This document shows positions 10,216-19,705 of a stretch of DNA of 19,988 bases, in pieces. Both the position numbers and the translations under genes were made by a program. Numbering within the stretch: the stretch's first letter is position 1; each line of letters begins with the position of its first letter. The notes under the pieces were generated by a model. That model ran no database searches. It saw only the letters and a program-made list of their open reading frames with translations, and was not told where the DNA came from. This stretch comes from Octopus sinensis. Taxonomy: Eukaryota. The stretch is from assembly GCF_006345805.1 (NCBI RefSeq), contig NW_021824141.1, positions 1 to 19,988 of the forward strand, written 5' to 3'.

Positions 10216-10941
10216 CATCAGATCGGTAAGTGTGAACGACCATCTTAAACCCCCTTGCTCTAAATTAGAGTCAACTGAACACTTTGATTTCACGGCTGAA
10301 CAGAACTGAATAGAAATAAATGATTGGTCAGTTGGTCAGATGACCATAAAACTTACATATGTGTACGATAAGGTTATACGTTAAAGGTATAAACATTAAA
10401 AACAGATTATGTTCGCGGCACGTATATTAAAGAGAAGGAAGACAAATGTTTCGGAAGGGGAAGAGGGTGATTATAAGTTTCGACCCCGGGTCACTTTTCA
10501 CCTTTTTTTTCTTGTTTGAATATATTTCATTTTATTTATTTACGTATATTTTGGAGTAAAATTAGAAGAGTATTATACACCTGGCTACCTATTGCACCAA
10601 GTAGACATACACACATACACGTGCAGGCATTACTGGTGCATGCAAGTAATGTGCAGATGTGTGCATATGTGCTGTATTTGGAATCAGTGTATCTACAGGT
10701 TTCAATGTTTTGTTTTATGTGTCTATTCCTATGCATATAGCTTCATTTCAAGACATGCGCATATATACTTGGATGATAAACTTCTGGAAAGTTTTACAGT
10801 TTTTTTACAGTTCCAATAATGGCTCGGGTCTGTACTCTTTGAATCAGCTTTCTCCTTTCTGGTTTTGAGAAGCCTAATTTCGCAAGATTCGTACTTAGGC
10901 AGCGTGTTACATATTTCAGTGCTCCAATATAAACGATAAAC

Positions 10942-11098
10942 GTCGCCCTTTTCAAGCCTAGTCACGCTCATGGGCCCGGTTTCCCGGTTTCTGTGGCGTA
11001 TGTGTTCCCCCCAGCTGGACAGGACGCCAGTCCATCGCAGCGTTACTCAAGAAACAAGAAGAGAGAGTGACAGAAAGTTGTGGCGAAAGAGTACAAGA
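10942..11098 (-). mobile_element. 3' fragment of SINE family C with a V-domain-like segment
   Basis: The minus strand reads CTGCGATGGACTGGCGTCCTGTCCAGCTGGGGG, resembling the GCGATGGACTGGCG.CCTGTCCAGGG core of V-SINEs, followed by GAAACCGGGAAACCGGGCCCATGAGC...AGGCTTGAAAAGG. Domain naming is from memory. Confidence 0.65.
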
Positions 11099-11169
11099 GT
11101 ATTTGTCATCTTCCTTAAAGACAGAAACAGTTTTTTTTCATTTGTTCGTGTTTTGTGACTATTTGTATT

Positions 11170-11435
11170 AGTTTTCGTTGCTTCTGAAGTAGATATTTCT
11201 GTAGTCCTGACTTGGTAGCGAGAGCTTGGTCTTGTGCAGTAATGATCAGGCTTTCGGTGGTACGCTTCAAATCACCTCGCTCAAGCCATGCCCACGATGC
11301 TGTATTATCCATAACGTCCTGCGTATTCCTTTCAAACTCTCCATGCATTCTTATTTCAAGGTCTCCTTTTCTCTTCTCCTCAGCTCTTTGGTTAAACTCT
11401 TCCTTGCCCATCATTTCATCTGCATTTACACCCAT
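11170..11435 (-). mobile_element. Fragment of an RLE-type non-LTR retrotransposon ORF (R4/Dong-like), region just upstream of the CCHC finger
   Basis: MHGEFERNTQDVMDNTASWAWLERGDLKRTTESLIITAQDQALAT fits the (L/M)HGQ...SW.WL..G.LK.ETE.LI.AAQDQAL.T motif of this group. The frame decays before the zinc finger. Confidence 0.75.
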
Positions 11436-12259
11436 ATATTTTGCGTGTGTGTTTGCGTGCTTGCGCGTGTGTGTGTGAGAAAGAAAGGACTCAAAACAAC
11501 CTACTGTCTTAATCCGACAATTCTATCTATTATGTAGTTTGAATGAGAAACTGTGACTAAAGATTAAGATTATTAACCCCACAAAGAGGTAAAAGAAGAG
11601 AGACAGCATAGCGAAAGTTTTGGCTGACTGTCATCTTGTATTCTCCTTGTTGCTAGCGAAATGGTATATGCCGGATGTGTGACCAACTGGTTGTTTTAAC
11701 GGCGGAACAGACAGGGGAATTCGATTAGAAAAAAATTTTAATCCATTTTCTCGATAACTATGGGGGCTAGGAAAAAATACAAACCGCATTCCAATCTATG
11801 CACCCGTCTCCACATGTGTGCGGTTTTCCCCGCGAATCCACCCAGCCGTTTGGCTGTGAACCTCAAGACAAGAAAGAATACAACGATCGCCCTCGTCCAA
11901 TTTATATTATAGATCGAGCAAACTACGTAGGTTCTAAATGCATTCTTTTTCTTTTTCTAAATTTTAAAGTTTCTGTTCAGCTGAAGAGAAATTGCGACAA
12001 CTGTTGTACTAACGATGGTTATAGAGGCAAAACATTTGCCCACAGCTGTCCTCTTGTTCCTAGACAATCATTGTTTGTTGCTTTTTATTGATTTGTTTTT
12101 TTTTTTATTTTCTTACCTTTATGACATATAAATTTTGGAGGAATCTTGATTCCCCATCATTTGGAGTTGGTTTCGATTTCTGGCACCCGATTGTTTTACC
12201 TTATCTGGAAACGGTAGTAGTTTCAATAAATCAAGAATTTATCTTATATGTCATTCTGC

Positions 12260-12390
12260 ACATGTGAGTGTGTGCGTGTGCGTGTGTGTGTGTATATACG
12301 TGTGTGATATCTGCGCATGTGTGTGTTTTATTTGTGCTTGTGCGTGTGTGGTGTGTGTGTGTGTGAGTGTGTGTGTGTGTGTGTGTGTGT
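12260..12390. repeat. (TG)n-rich microsatellite
   Basis: Direct reading. Confidence 0.85.
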
Positions 12391-12489
12391 ATTTCTTTTT
12401 AAAATTTGTTGGAGATTTTATTTTATATATTTCCAAAGTTTGTATTAGCAGCAACCTGATAGCAACTTAATTAAAAACAAATATGCATA

Positions 12490-12545
12490 CGAAGAAGAAA
12501 TGAAGGAAGAAATTAAAAACGAAAAGGAATGAAGAAAGAAAGGAA

Positions 12546-12589
<44 letters not shown>

Positions 12590-12632
12590 ATGAAAAAAAG
12601 AAAGGAAAAAAGAAAGAAACAAAGGAAGAAAG
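12490..12632. repeat. (GAAA)n purine tract
   Basis: Direct reading. Confidence 0.9.
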
Positions 12633-13000
12633 TATAATTGAATTTTGTTGTCGGGTGCCATTTTATACATAATTCCGCCATAAAATTATTTTGATTCTTT
12701 TGGTTATATTTTAATGAATTTATAAAGCAAGATTTCCCGTCTGAGATTTCATCCTCTCTCTCTCGTCCATCCACTGCGATTTCTATTTATATTACTGAAG
12801 AGCAAATACGAAAATATGATTTCTTCAGTTCCTTATTACTGCTACCCGGACGTCCTTTTTGACGTATCCTTATGCTTATTTAACTTTACCTACTGTACAT
12901 TCGCTACAATCACCATCAGTGTTAATGGTGTTGTCTATGTAAAAAGGACGATCTGCTGTTTCAAGCATCGACACCAGTGCACAACTGGTACTTGTTTCAT

Positions 13001-13228
13001 AAAGGCGGCGAGCTGGCAGAAACGTTAGCACGCCGGGCGAAATGCGTAGCCGTATTTCGTCTGTCGTTACGTTGTGAGTTCAAATTCCGTCAACTTTGCC
13101 TTTCATCCTCTTGGGGTCGATAAATTAAGTACCAGTTACGCACTGGGGTCGATATAATCGACTTAATACCTATGTCCGTCCTTGTTTGTCCCCTCTATAT
13201 TTAGCCCCTTGTAGGTAATAAAGAAATA
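13001..13228 (+). mobile_element. Full-length tRNA-derived SINE family B with a 14 bp target site duplication
   Basis: Head GGCGGCGAGCTGGCAGAAACGTTAGC (A-box-like) and GAGTTCAAATTCC (B-box). Central CTTTGCCTTTCATCCTCTTGGGGTCGATAAATTAAGTACCAG is shared with four other copies in the window. GGTACTTGTTTCAT is at both 12987-13000 and 13229-13242. Confidence 0.92.
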
Positions 13229-14413
13229 GGTACTTGTTTCATGGGTCTCGAAAGAATCAGAAGCAAAGTAAACCGTGGCCGAGTTTTGAATTATTTTGTG
13301 CGCGGCTGTAATAACTCTACCGGTTTGCTACCTTCAAATCCCCACATAATTAAAGAGTGTTGTATCAGTTTGCAGTACTGGGTTCAATTTCTACCATAGC
13401 TATAGGAATGCTCTCAACCGTTCATCCCAGCATGTCGTATATAGATCAGAGGAAGACGAGGACTTCAAGTAATGCGCCAACAATTCAATGCCGCATGTGT
13501 TTGAGCACCCCATGAGAGCGTTTAATCATTTAATGACGATATTGACATAACCTAAGCTAGATGTCTGATAACGTTTAACATCATCACTTTCAATGCACAC
13601 ATTTGATTTTGGATATTGTCCCACTGATATCTATCTTGGTTTGCAATCTCGCACAATTAATATAAACTCGTAAAAGCCAATGTGATTTCACTTCACTCGC
13701 GATGGCAAACTACGGGGTTTCCTTGCGTGAGATTTGTTTGGCTCAATCTATAGGAAGCCATCTACCTATAACCATCGCAATATTTATTTATTCATTTATT
13801 TTATAGATTATTTTTTTTTTAACAAAAATAATTCATTAAACATAATTATCTTCTTATCCACCACACCATAAGATTATGTCACTGATAACATTCAAATCTC
13901 ATTTCATAATTGCATTATTCTTTTGTTGTCTGACTGCTGCTACTACTGCTGCTGCTGCTACTACTGTTGTTGCAACTTATTTCCCTTGCGTGTCTGTTTG
14001 TTTTCTTTGACGGGCAAAATTTTGGAAAATAACATCTGATATTTGTTTTATTGATATTTTAAATTCTCATTGCAGTGATTGTTTAGGAACAGAAGGCACG
14101 CTATCAAAAACTAATTCTGCGACTCTGTTTCAGTTCTCGGCAGATGTGCAGTTTTTGCATCAACGCAGGTTACGAGACTATATTGCTTCTATATTCGCAT
14201 TAAAAGCAACAAAAAATAACATTTATTTCACTTTTGCATTTGGTTTGTAAGATTTTTTGATGTGAGCTCGTATGTTTCAAACATTTTTTGTTGTATTTCG
14301 GTGGGGTCATTACATCAATAATAAACACATGCACTGGTTCAATTTCACTTCTTTATTATTATTAGTGAATTGGTTATCCATTCAACCAGTTAACTAATAG
14401 ATTGATTAATCGT

Positions 14414-14595
14414 TCAGACAATCAATCAATCAATCATTTTGATTTGCCAAAGCTCTTTGGCCGCCATCACGATCTCATCAATGACATTCCCTCACTACTC
14501 CCTAAAATAGACGTGGAGTTGAGATGGCCTGTCAGTGAAGAGTTTGCAAGAAGCGACGAAAGAGCTTTCGTAAATACAGTTGATTGATTGACTGA
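14414..14595. other. Imperfect inverted repeat of 182 bp containing two 16 bp palindromes
   Basis: TCAGACAATCAATCAA vs rc TCAGTCAATCAATCAA; GCCAAAG-CT-CTTTGGC (14446-14461) and ACGAAAG-AG-CTTTCGT (14556-14571). Confidence 0.7.
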
Positions 14596-14654
14596 GCAAA
14601 GGAATAAACAAATAATTGATTAAATACTTGGTTAAATGATAAACCAATAAACTA

Positions 14655-14785
14655 ATAATAAAATTAATAATAATAACAACAATAACAACAACAACAACAA
14701 CAGCAACAACAACAACAACAACAACAACAATAATAATATAATAATAATAATAATAATAATAATAGTAACAACAACAACAACAATA
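14655..14785. repeat. (AAT)n/(CAA)n microsatellite
   Basis: Direct reading. Confidence 0.9.
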
Positions 14786-14820
14786 ATTTCTTTTGGAAGC
14801 ACAAGGCATCAAATTTGGAG

Positions 14821-14906
14821 GAAGGGATTAAGTCGATTACATCGATCCCGATGCGTTACTGGTACTTATTTAATCGACCCCGAAAGGATAAAAGGCAAAG
14901 TCGACT
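14821..14906 (-). mobile_element. Internal fragment of SINE family B
   Basis: rc GTCGACTTTGCCTTTTATCCTTTCGGGGTCGATTAAATAAGTACCAG...GATGTAATCGACTT matches 13090-13165. Confidence 0.9.
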
Positions 14907-15175
14907 CCAGTGCTTCCACATGATTGTAAAGAAATGATCTTTGTGATCTGACACTATCATTTCGAAGTAGAATATTCTCCTCTCGAGATACCCAAACCAG
15001 TCAGTCGTGTGTAGCAGAAACAGAATCGTGTCTATGATTCCGTGCATATCCAGGCATCTGTTTCAGTCGCTTTGTCTTGGTTTCATCTGATTCAGTTGCC
15101 CTTCTTTATCTCTGCCGTTGTGCCTTTGCTGCTAAATTTTCCTTTTCAATCGCATATTATTTTCGGACGCCCCAT
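14905..15175 (-). pseudogene. Decayed ORF with a basic N-terminus and STPR-like (FMBP-1 type) repeat; probable Helitron-type transposon protein N-terminus
   Basis: Removing one base at about 15157 gives MGRPKIYAIEKENLAAKAQRQR*RRATESDETKTKRLKQMPGYARNHRHDSVSATHD*LVWVSREENILLRNDSVRSQRSFL. ESDETKTKRLKQMPGYARNHRHD is in register with STPR repeats (E-S-x-E-x4-R-L-K-x-M-x2-Y-A). The stops TAA and TGA are single C>T changes from CAA and CGA. Confidence 0.55.
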
Positions 15176-15240
15176 GTTAATAACAAAATCAAACTCGAAG
15201 GGGGTGTGTATTTATATTAGAGAGGCAGTGTGAGTGTGAT

Positions 15241-15279
<39 letters not shown>

Positions 15280-15700
15280 GTGGGGAGGGAGAACATTGCA
15301 AACAATGAAAATAAACATGAAATGAAAAAAATAGTATAAGTGAAAGCTCCTAAAAAACTATCTTGCTTAGCGTGCTAGAAATAGCAGCGATCACATAGTT
15401 ATTACTGTAAGGCTTATAGCGTTCCAGGCAGCCATACCAACAAAATTACTTCTTCATTAAAAAAAAAAATTTACCGATATATGAAATAATTTTCATTTTA
15501 TCAAAAATATTCATTTAAAAAACTCCGGAAACTGATAATATTCTTGAAATTGTGCCTCGTATCAAAGTTATTTAGCTATTATTAAATTATCATTAATGAA
15601 AATAGAGGCGAACTAGAATGAGAAACTGTTGCGAATAAAAGCGTAAAATGTCGCTTGCAACGCATTAATGTGGTTTGTTATCAAACATTAAAATTTACTC

Positions 15701-15784
15701 CGCAGTGAATGCAATGAATATTTAAATTTATGAAGAACTGGACGCAGTGAATGAAATGAACATTTAAATTTGCGAGAATTTGGA
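15701..15784 (+). repeat. Two tandem copies of a 42 bp unit
   Basis: CGCAGTGAATGCAATGAATATTTAAATTTATGAAGAACTGGA / CGCAGTGAATGAAATGAACATTTAAATTTGCGAGAATTTGGA. Confidence 0.85.
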
Positions 15785-15954
15785 GTTAGAAAAATTCAAT
15801 GAACTTCATAAATCGAAATTCTAAGAAATTTCTTAGAACATGAATTCATAAAAATATTTCCAGAAGGTCAACCCTTAATTAATTGCTTTCTTTTAGTACT
15901 TTTAGTAATTGTTACATACCTAATTAATAAGCAGCTTTTTCCATTATAGTATAG

Positions 15955-16030
<76 letters not shown>

Positions 16031-16053
16031 TCATCATTATTATTATTATTATA

Positions 16054-16085
<32 letters not shown>
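15955..16085. repeat. (TTA)n microsatellite
   Basis: Direct reading. Confidence 0.95.
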
Positions 16086-16086
<1 letters not shown>

Positions 16087-16087
16087 A

Positions 16088-16270
16088 GCGTGCTTGACAA
16101 AATGTTTAACAGCATTTGATCAATTTCTAGGCTCCGGCTTCCGTCGAGGTTGACTTTACCGTTCATCGCTTCGGTGCTCGATAAAATAAGTACCAGTTGC
16201 GTATTTGGGGGGTCGGTGTAATCTACAACATCCATCACCTAAAAAGTTTCAGGCCTTGTACCTCATTATT
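16088..16270 (+). mobile_element. Diverged SINE family B copy
   Basis: CCGTCGAGGTTGACTTTACCGTTCATCGCTTCGGTGCTCGATAAAATAAGTACCAGTTGCG matches the family B centre. Confidence 0.8.
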
Positions 16271-16582
16271 AGGGATCACTATTAATTTTACTAGCCTTGT
16301 GCAAAAATGAGAATCAGTTACTATTTTTTTTCCTTTTGGCGCACAGATCAACCCCTCCTATCACATTTATCATCACAATGACCGTAATTATCATAGATAC
16401 ATCATCTTCATCAACTTCATCATCAACATCATCATCATCATCATCATCATCATCACATCGTGTATGATTGATCTTTAATTAATATATTTCTACGTAGTGG
16501 CCATAGTCGGACTACCATTGGTGATAATTACACGCGAACAACAACATGATAATAATTATGGTATCACAAACTAAAGTCTACC

Positions 16583-16731
16583 TCGATTGAAGTACTCGGT
16601 TGAACTAGTTAAGTACTAGTTGTTAATTATCACTTCTGAACAGATGAAATACAAATGTCGGCCTCGGCAAGATTCGAACCCAGCGAGTAGAAAAACGAAG
16701 CTAAATATTTCAAGGATACTCTACCACTGCA
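16583..16731 (-). mobile_element. Old, highly diverged tRNA-derived SINE related to family B
   Basis: rc GTGCAGTGGTAGAG (A-box-like) ... GGTTCGAATC (B-box; plus strand 16671-16680), followed by TTGCCGAGGCCGACATTTGTATTTCATCTGTTC, similar to the family B centre. Confidence 0.6.
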
Positions 16732-16749
16732 CAAACACAGCCATGGCAA

Positions 16750-16822
16750 CACAAACGACAACAATAATAATAATAACGTGGACAACGACGACGATGACAA
16801 TGATGATGATGATGAAAATAGT

Positions 16823-16859
<37 letters not shown>

Positions 16860-16867
16860 CGTAGTAG

Positions 16868-16902
<35 letters not shown>

Positions 16903-17030
16903 TGTAGTAGTAGTAAAGAGAATAATAATAATAATGACGATAATAGTTGTACTAACAATAATAGTAGCAATAAAAATAATAATTGTAACAATAACAATAA
17001 TGGTAATAATTATAATTACAACATGAATCG
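16750..17030. repeat. Compound (AAT)/(GAT)/(TAG)n trinucleotide microsatellites
   Basis: Direct reading; (TAG)n at about 16822-16915. Confidence 0.9.
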
Positions 17031-17418
17031 TTACCAAAGAAAAAAAAAACTACCCACCTCCAAGCATGTACACACCTATACACACATCTACACTACACAA
17101 CAAAAAAGACAAACAAAGAGTCAAAAACAAAAAAAAAGCGAACAAAAATTAATTGAACAAGAAAGAAAGCAGTAATGGATGATAATAAAGCTAGGTATAG
17201 ATGAATAGTGATGCTGGATCTCGACTCGCTACATCCAACTGTTTTGGAATGCCCAGTCCAGGAATATATTCACACCTTCATTAGCAAAAATAGTCACGAC
17301 TTTCATGGCAGAATCTACCAAACTATCAAATGTGCGCAGTATGGTAGCAGAACTGAGGCAAAGTGGCGGGAAATCAGGTGATAAGAACGCGATAAATAAA
17401 TAAATGAATTAAAGAAAG

Positions 17419-17419
<1 letters not shown>

Positions 17420-17475
<56 letters not shown>

Positions 17476-17588
17476 CTGTGAGTGTATGTGTGTGTCTATA
17501 TATACATATATACATATATATATATATGTGTGAGGGTGTATGTGGTATCTATATATATATATATATATATATATGTACATATATATAT

Positions 17589-17631
<43 letters not shown>

Positions 17632-17795
17632 ACATTCATACATACATACATACATACATACAATATATTTATATATATATATATATATATATACCTATAT
17701 GTATTGTGTGTGTTGCAGTACGTGCACAGACACACACATACATACATATATACATACATACATATACATTCATGCATAAATACATGCATACATAA
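17420..17795. repeat. Compound TA/TG/CA/(CATA)n microsatellite field
   Basis: Direct reading. Confidence 0.9.
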
Positions 17796-18040
17796 AGAGG
17801 GGAGGGGGAACGACTATATAGACATACTTTCTTAAAGACGTCCAATTTGTGATTGTGGAATACAATATATGTTAAATGCAAGCTAAAAAGAAAAACAAAA
17901 AAAAATGAAAAAAAAATCAGCAACATTGAATAGAAATTAAAGGAAGAAGGAAGAGGAAGAAAGACGTAGATTATTTATTAATCTATCCACTTCTATACAG
18001 CATTTTGTACTTTGCACTTTGATGTGTGTGAATGAAACAT

Positions 18041-18041
<1 letters not shown>

Positions 18042-18117
<76 letters not shown>

Positions 18118-18230
18118 CAGATAGATAGATAGATACATACATACATACATACATACATACATACATACATACATGCATACATACATACATACATACATAC
18201 ATACATACATACATACATACATACATACAT
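18042..18230. repeat. (GATA)n then (CATA)n microsatellite
   Basis: Direct reading. Confidence 0.95.
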
Positions 18231-18399
18231 GTGTAAATGCGTGTATCAGAAGTACATTTGATTACAAGCGTCTTCTGCAAATTATATATGTATCCTTACA
18301 TATACACATGTAGGAGTGTATGTATATGTGAGTGTATATGTGTTTGCACGTATGTGTGCACATATATGCATATAAATGAATATACATATACGTGTTATC

Positions 18400-18620
18400 T
18401 TAGTTGTTTCAGTTGTTTGACTGCGGCCATGCTGGAACACCACCTTTAGTCGAGCAAATCTACCCGAGTTCTTATTCTTTGTACGCCTAGTATTTATTCA
18501 ATCGGTCTCTCTTGCCGAACCACTAAGTGATGGGGGCGTAAGCACGCCAGCATCGGTTGTCAAGCAATGTGGGGGAACAAACACAGACACACAAATACAC
18601 ACACACACATACACACATAT
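18400..18620 (-). mobile_element. 3' half of SINE family A
   Basis: rc matches 19890-19988 (CCCCACCATCGCTTGACAACCGATG...GCGGTTCGGCAA...AATAAGTAC) and 9182-9302. Confidence 0.9.
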
Positions 18621-18679
18621 CACAAAGAACCGCCACTCAATTTCACATTCCCGTTCGCTGGACAGTTTTGATTGACGTA

Positions 18680-18688
18680 TGTATGTGT

Positions 18689-18770
<82 letters not shown>

Positions 18771-18810
18771 TGATAGATAGATATAGATACTTACATACAT
18801 ACATATATAA
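18680..18810. repeat. (GATA)n microsatellite
   Basis: Direct reading. Confidence 0.95.
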
Positions 18811-18960
18811 TGTCTATGAACACCATATATATTGTGTATACATATATACACAATGGATATATTAAATTGTGAATATTTAAATGTGTATGTCTGTGTTCGT
18901 ATGTCCACACATGCACACTTATATTGCTCATGTATGCTCCGGATATAAACGTATGCGTAT

Positions 18961-19067
18961 TTATTTCGGGGTCGATAAATTATGTACCAGTTGCGTACTG
19001 GGATGGATTTAATCGACTACCCTCCTCCCCAAAAATTCGGGCTTTGTACCTAGAGCAGAAAAGAATG
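18961..19067 (+). mobile_element. 3' fragment of SINE family B
   Basis: TTCGGGGTCGATAAATTATGTACCAGTTGCGTACTGGGATGGATTTAATCGACT...TTCGGGCTTTGTACCTAGAGCAGAAAAGAAT. Confidence 0.88.
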
Positions 19068-19419
19068 TTAAATATCAAGGAGTTGATATATGAAAATATT
19101 GCAAATACCGGGTACCCTATAATTCCCGGGAAAGAGGGACTTATCCCTTGGTTCCGTTCTCATAGGAGGAAATACTAATAAGGTATGTATTCTAAAATCG
19201 TGAATCCTGTTACCTAATAATAGGCTACCTTCAGGGGCGCTAGTGTTGGTATACTCGTGAAAGAGTCACTAACTGAAATAAGTGGATCTATTGTTTAGGA
19301 AAATACTATTTACTTGTTTAAGGGTTGTACTGAATAAATTGCGAAAATAACTCTTAAATTTCAAATACTAAGAAATAAGCATACTCAATTTCATTTTTAC
19401 CAAATAATTTAGGAAAATG

Positions 19420-19699
19420 AAAGTGTTATTTCCCTTGGCTATATATAAGGACCCCTTCCAGGAGCGAATGGGTTATTTCCCTTGATTTTTAAAATAAAAT
19501 GTATTATATATACATAAGGATCCCTTCCAGGGCCCTATTATTGATTTTTTTTAACAATCTGAGTATGCCTTGAGGTTTCCAAACTTGAGTTCTACTCACG
19601 TGACGAGTTTCATCAAAATCGATAAAACGATATAGGAGGAGTTAGCTAACAACTCCACACACAAACCCACTGACAGAATTTCCCACATATGTAGTAGAT
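19420..19699 (+). mobile_element. Probable non-autonomous Helitron-like (Lep1/DINE-1 style) 3' region
   Basis: AGTTTCATCAAAATCG...TAGGAGGAGTTAG...CACACACAAAC...GTAG|AT resembles the 3' ends of such elements. A hairpin GGAGTT-N7-AACTCC lies at 19638-19656, and an internal GTTATTTCCCTTG...TAAGGA.CCCTTCCAGG duplication is present. The left boundary is unknown. Confidence 0.4.
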
Positions 19700-19705
19700 A
19701 TATAT

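Noticed and set aside
12121-12254. Imperfect inverted repeat (11 bp ATGACATATAA plus 8 bp TCTTGATT)
   Set aside because: Short and AT-rich with no TSD; compatible with chance.
12794-12950. Small stems ACTGAAGA/TCTTCAGT and CGTCCTTTTT/AAAAAGGACG
   Set aside because: 8-10 bp stems partly made of homopolymer; no known RNA motif recognised.
13441-13475. Microexon-like SEEDEDFK (TAG|ATCAGAGG...CAA|GTAATG)
   Set aside because: 24 nt with a poor acceptor; it cannot be told from chance without RNA data.
14446-14470. Resemblance to a histone mRNA stem-loop (CCAAAG.CTCTTT...GCC)
   Set aside because: Stem and loop do not fit GGYYCT-TTTC-AGRRCC, and there is no histone ORF upstream.
15701-15784. CRISPR-like repeat
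   Set aside because: Only two adjacent degenerate copies with no unique spacer, in a eukaryotic context with no cas genes.
906-18908. Dozens of 60-166 aa ORFs rich in YI, HT, CV, SIYL, poly-C or poly-T
   Set aside because: They are translations of TA, CA, TACA, TATC, CAA and TAG microsatellites, which lack stop codons in some frames.
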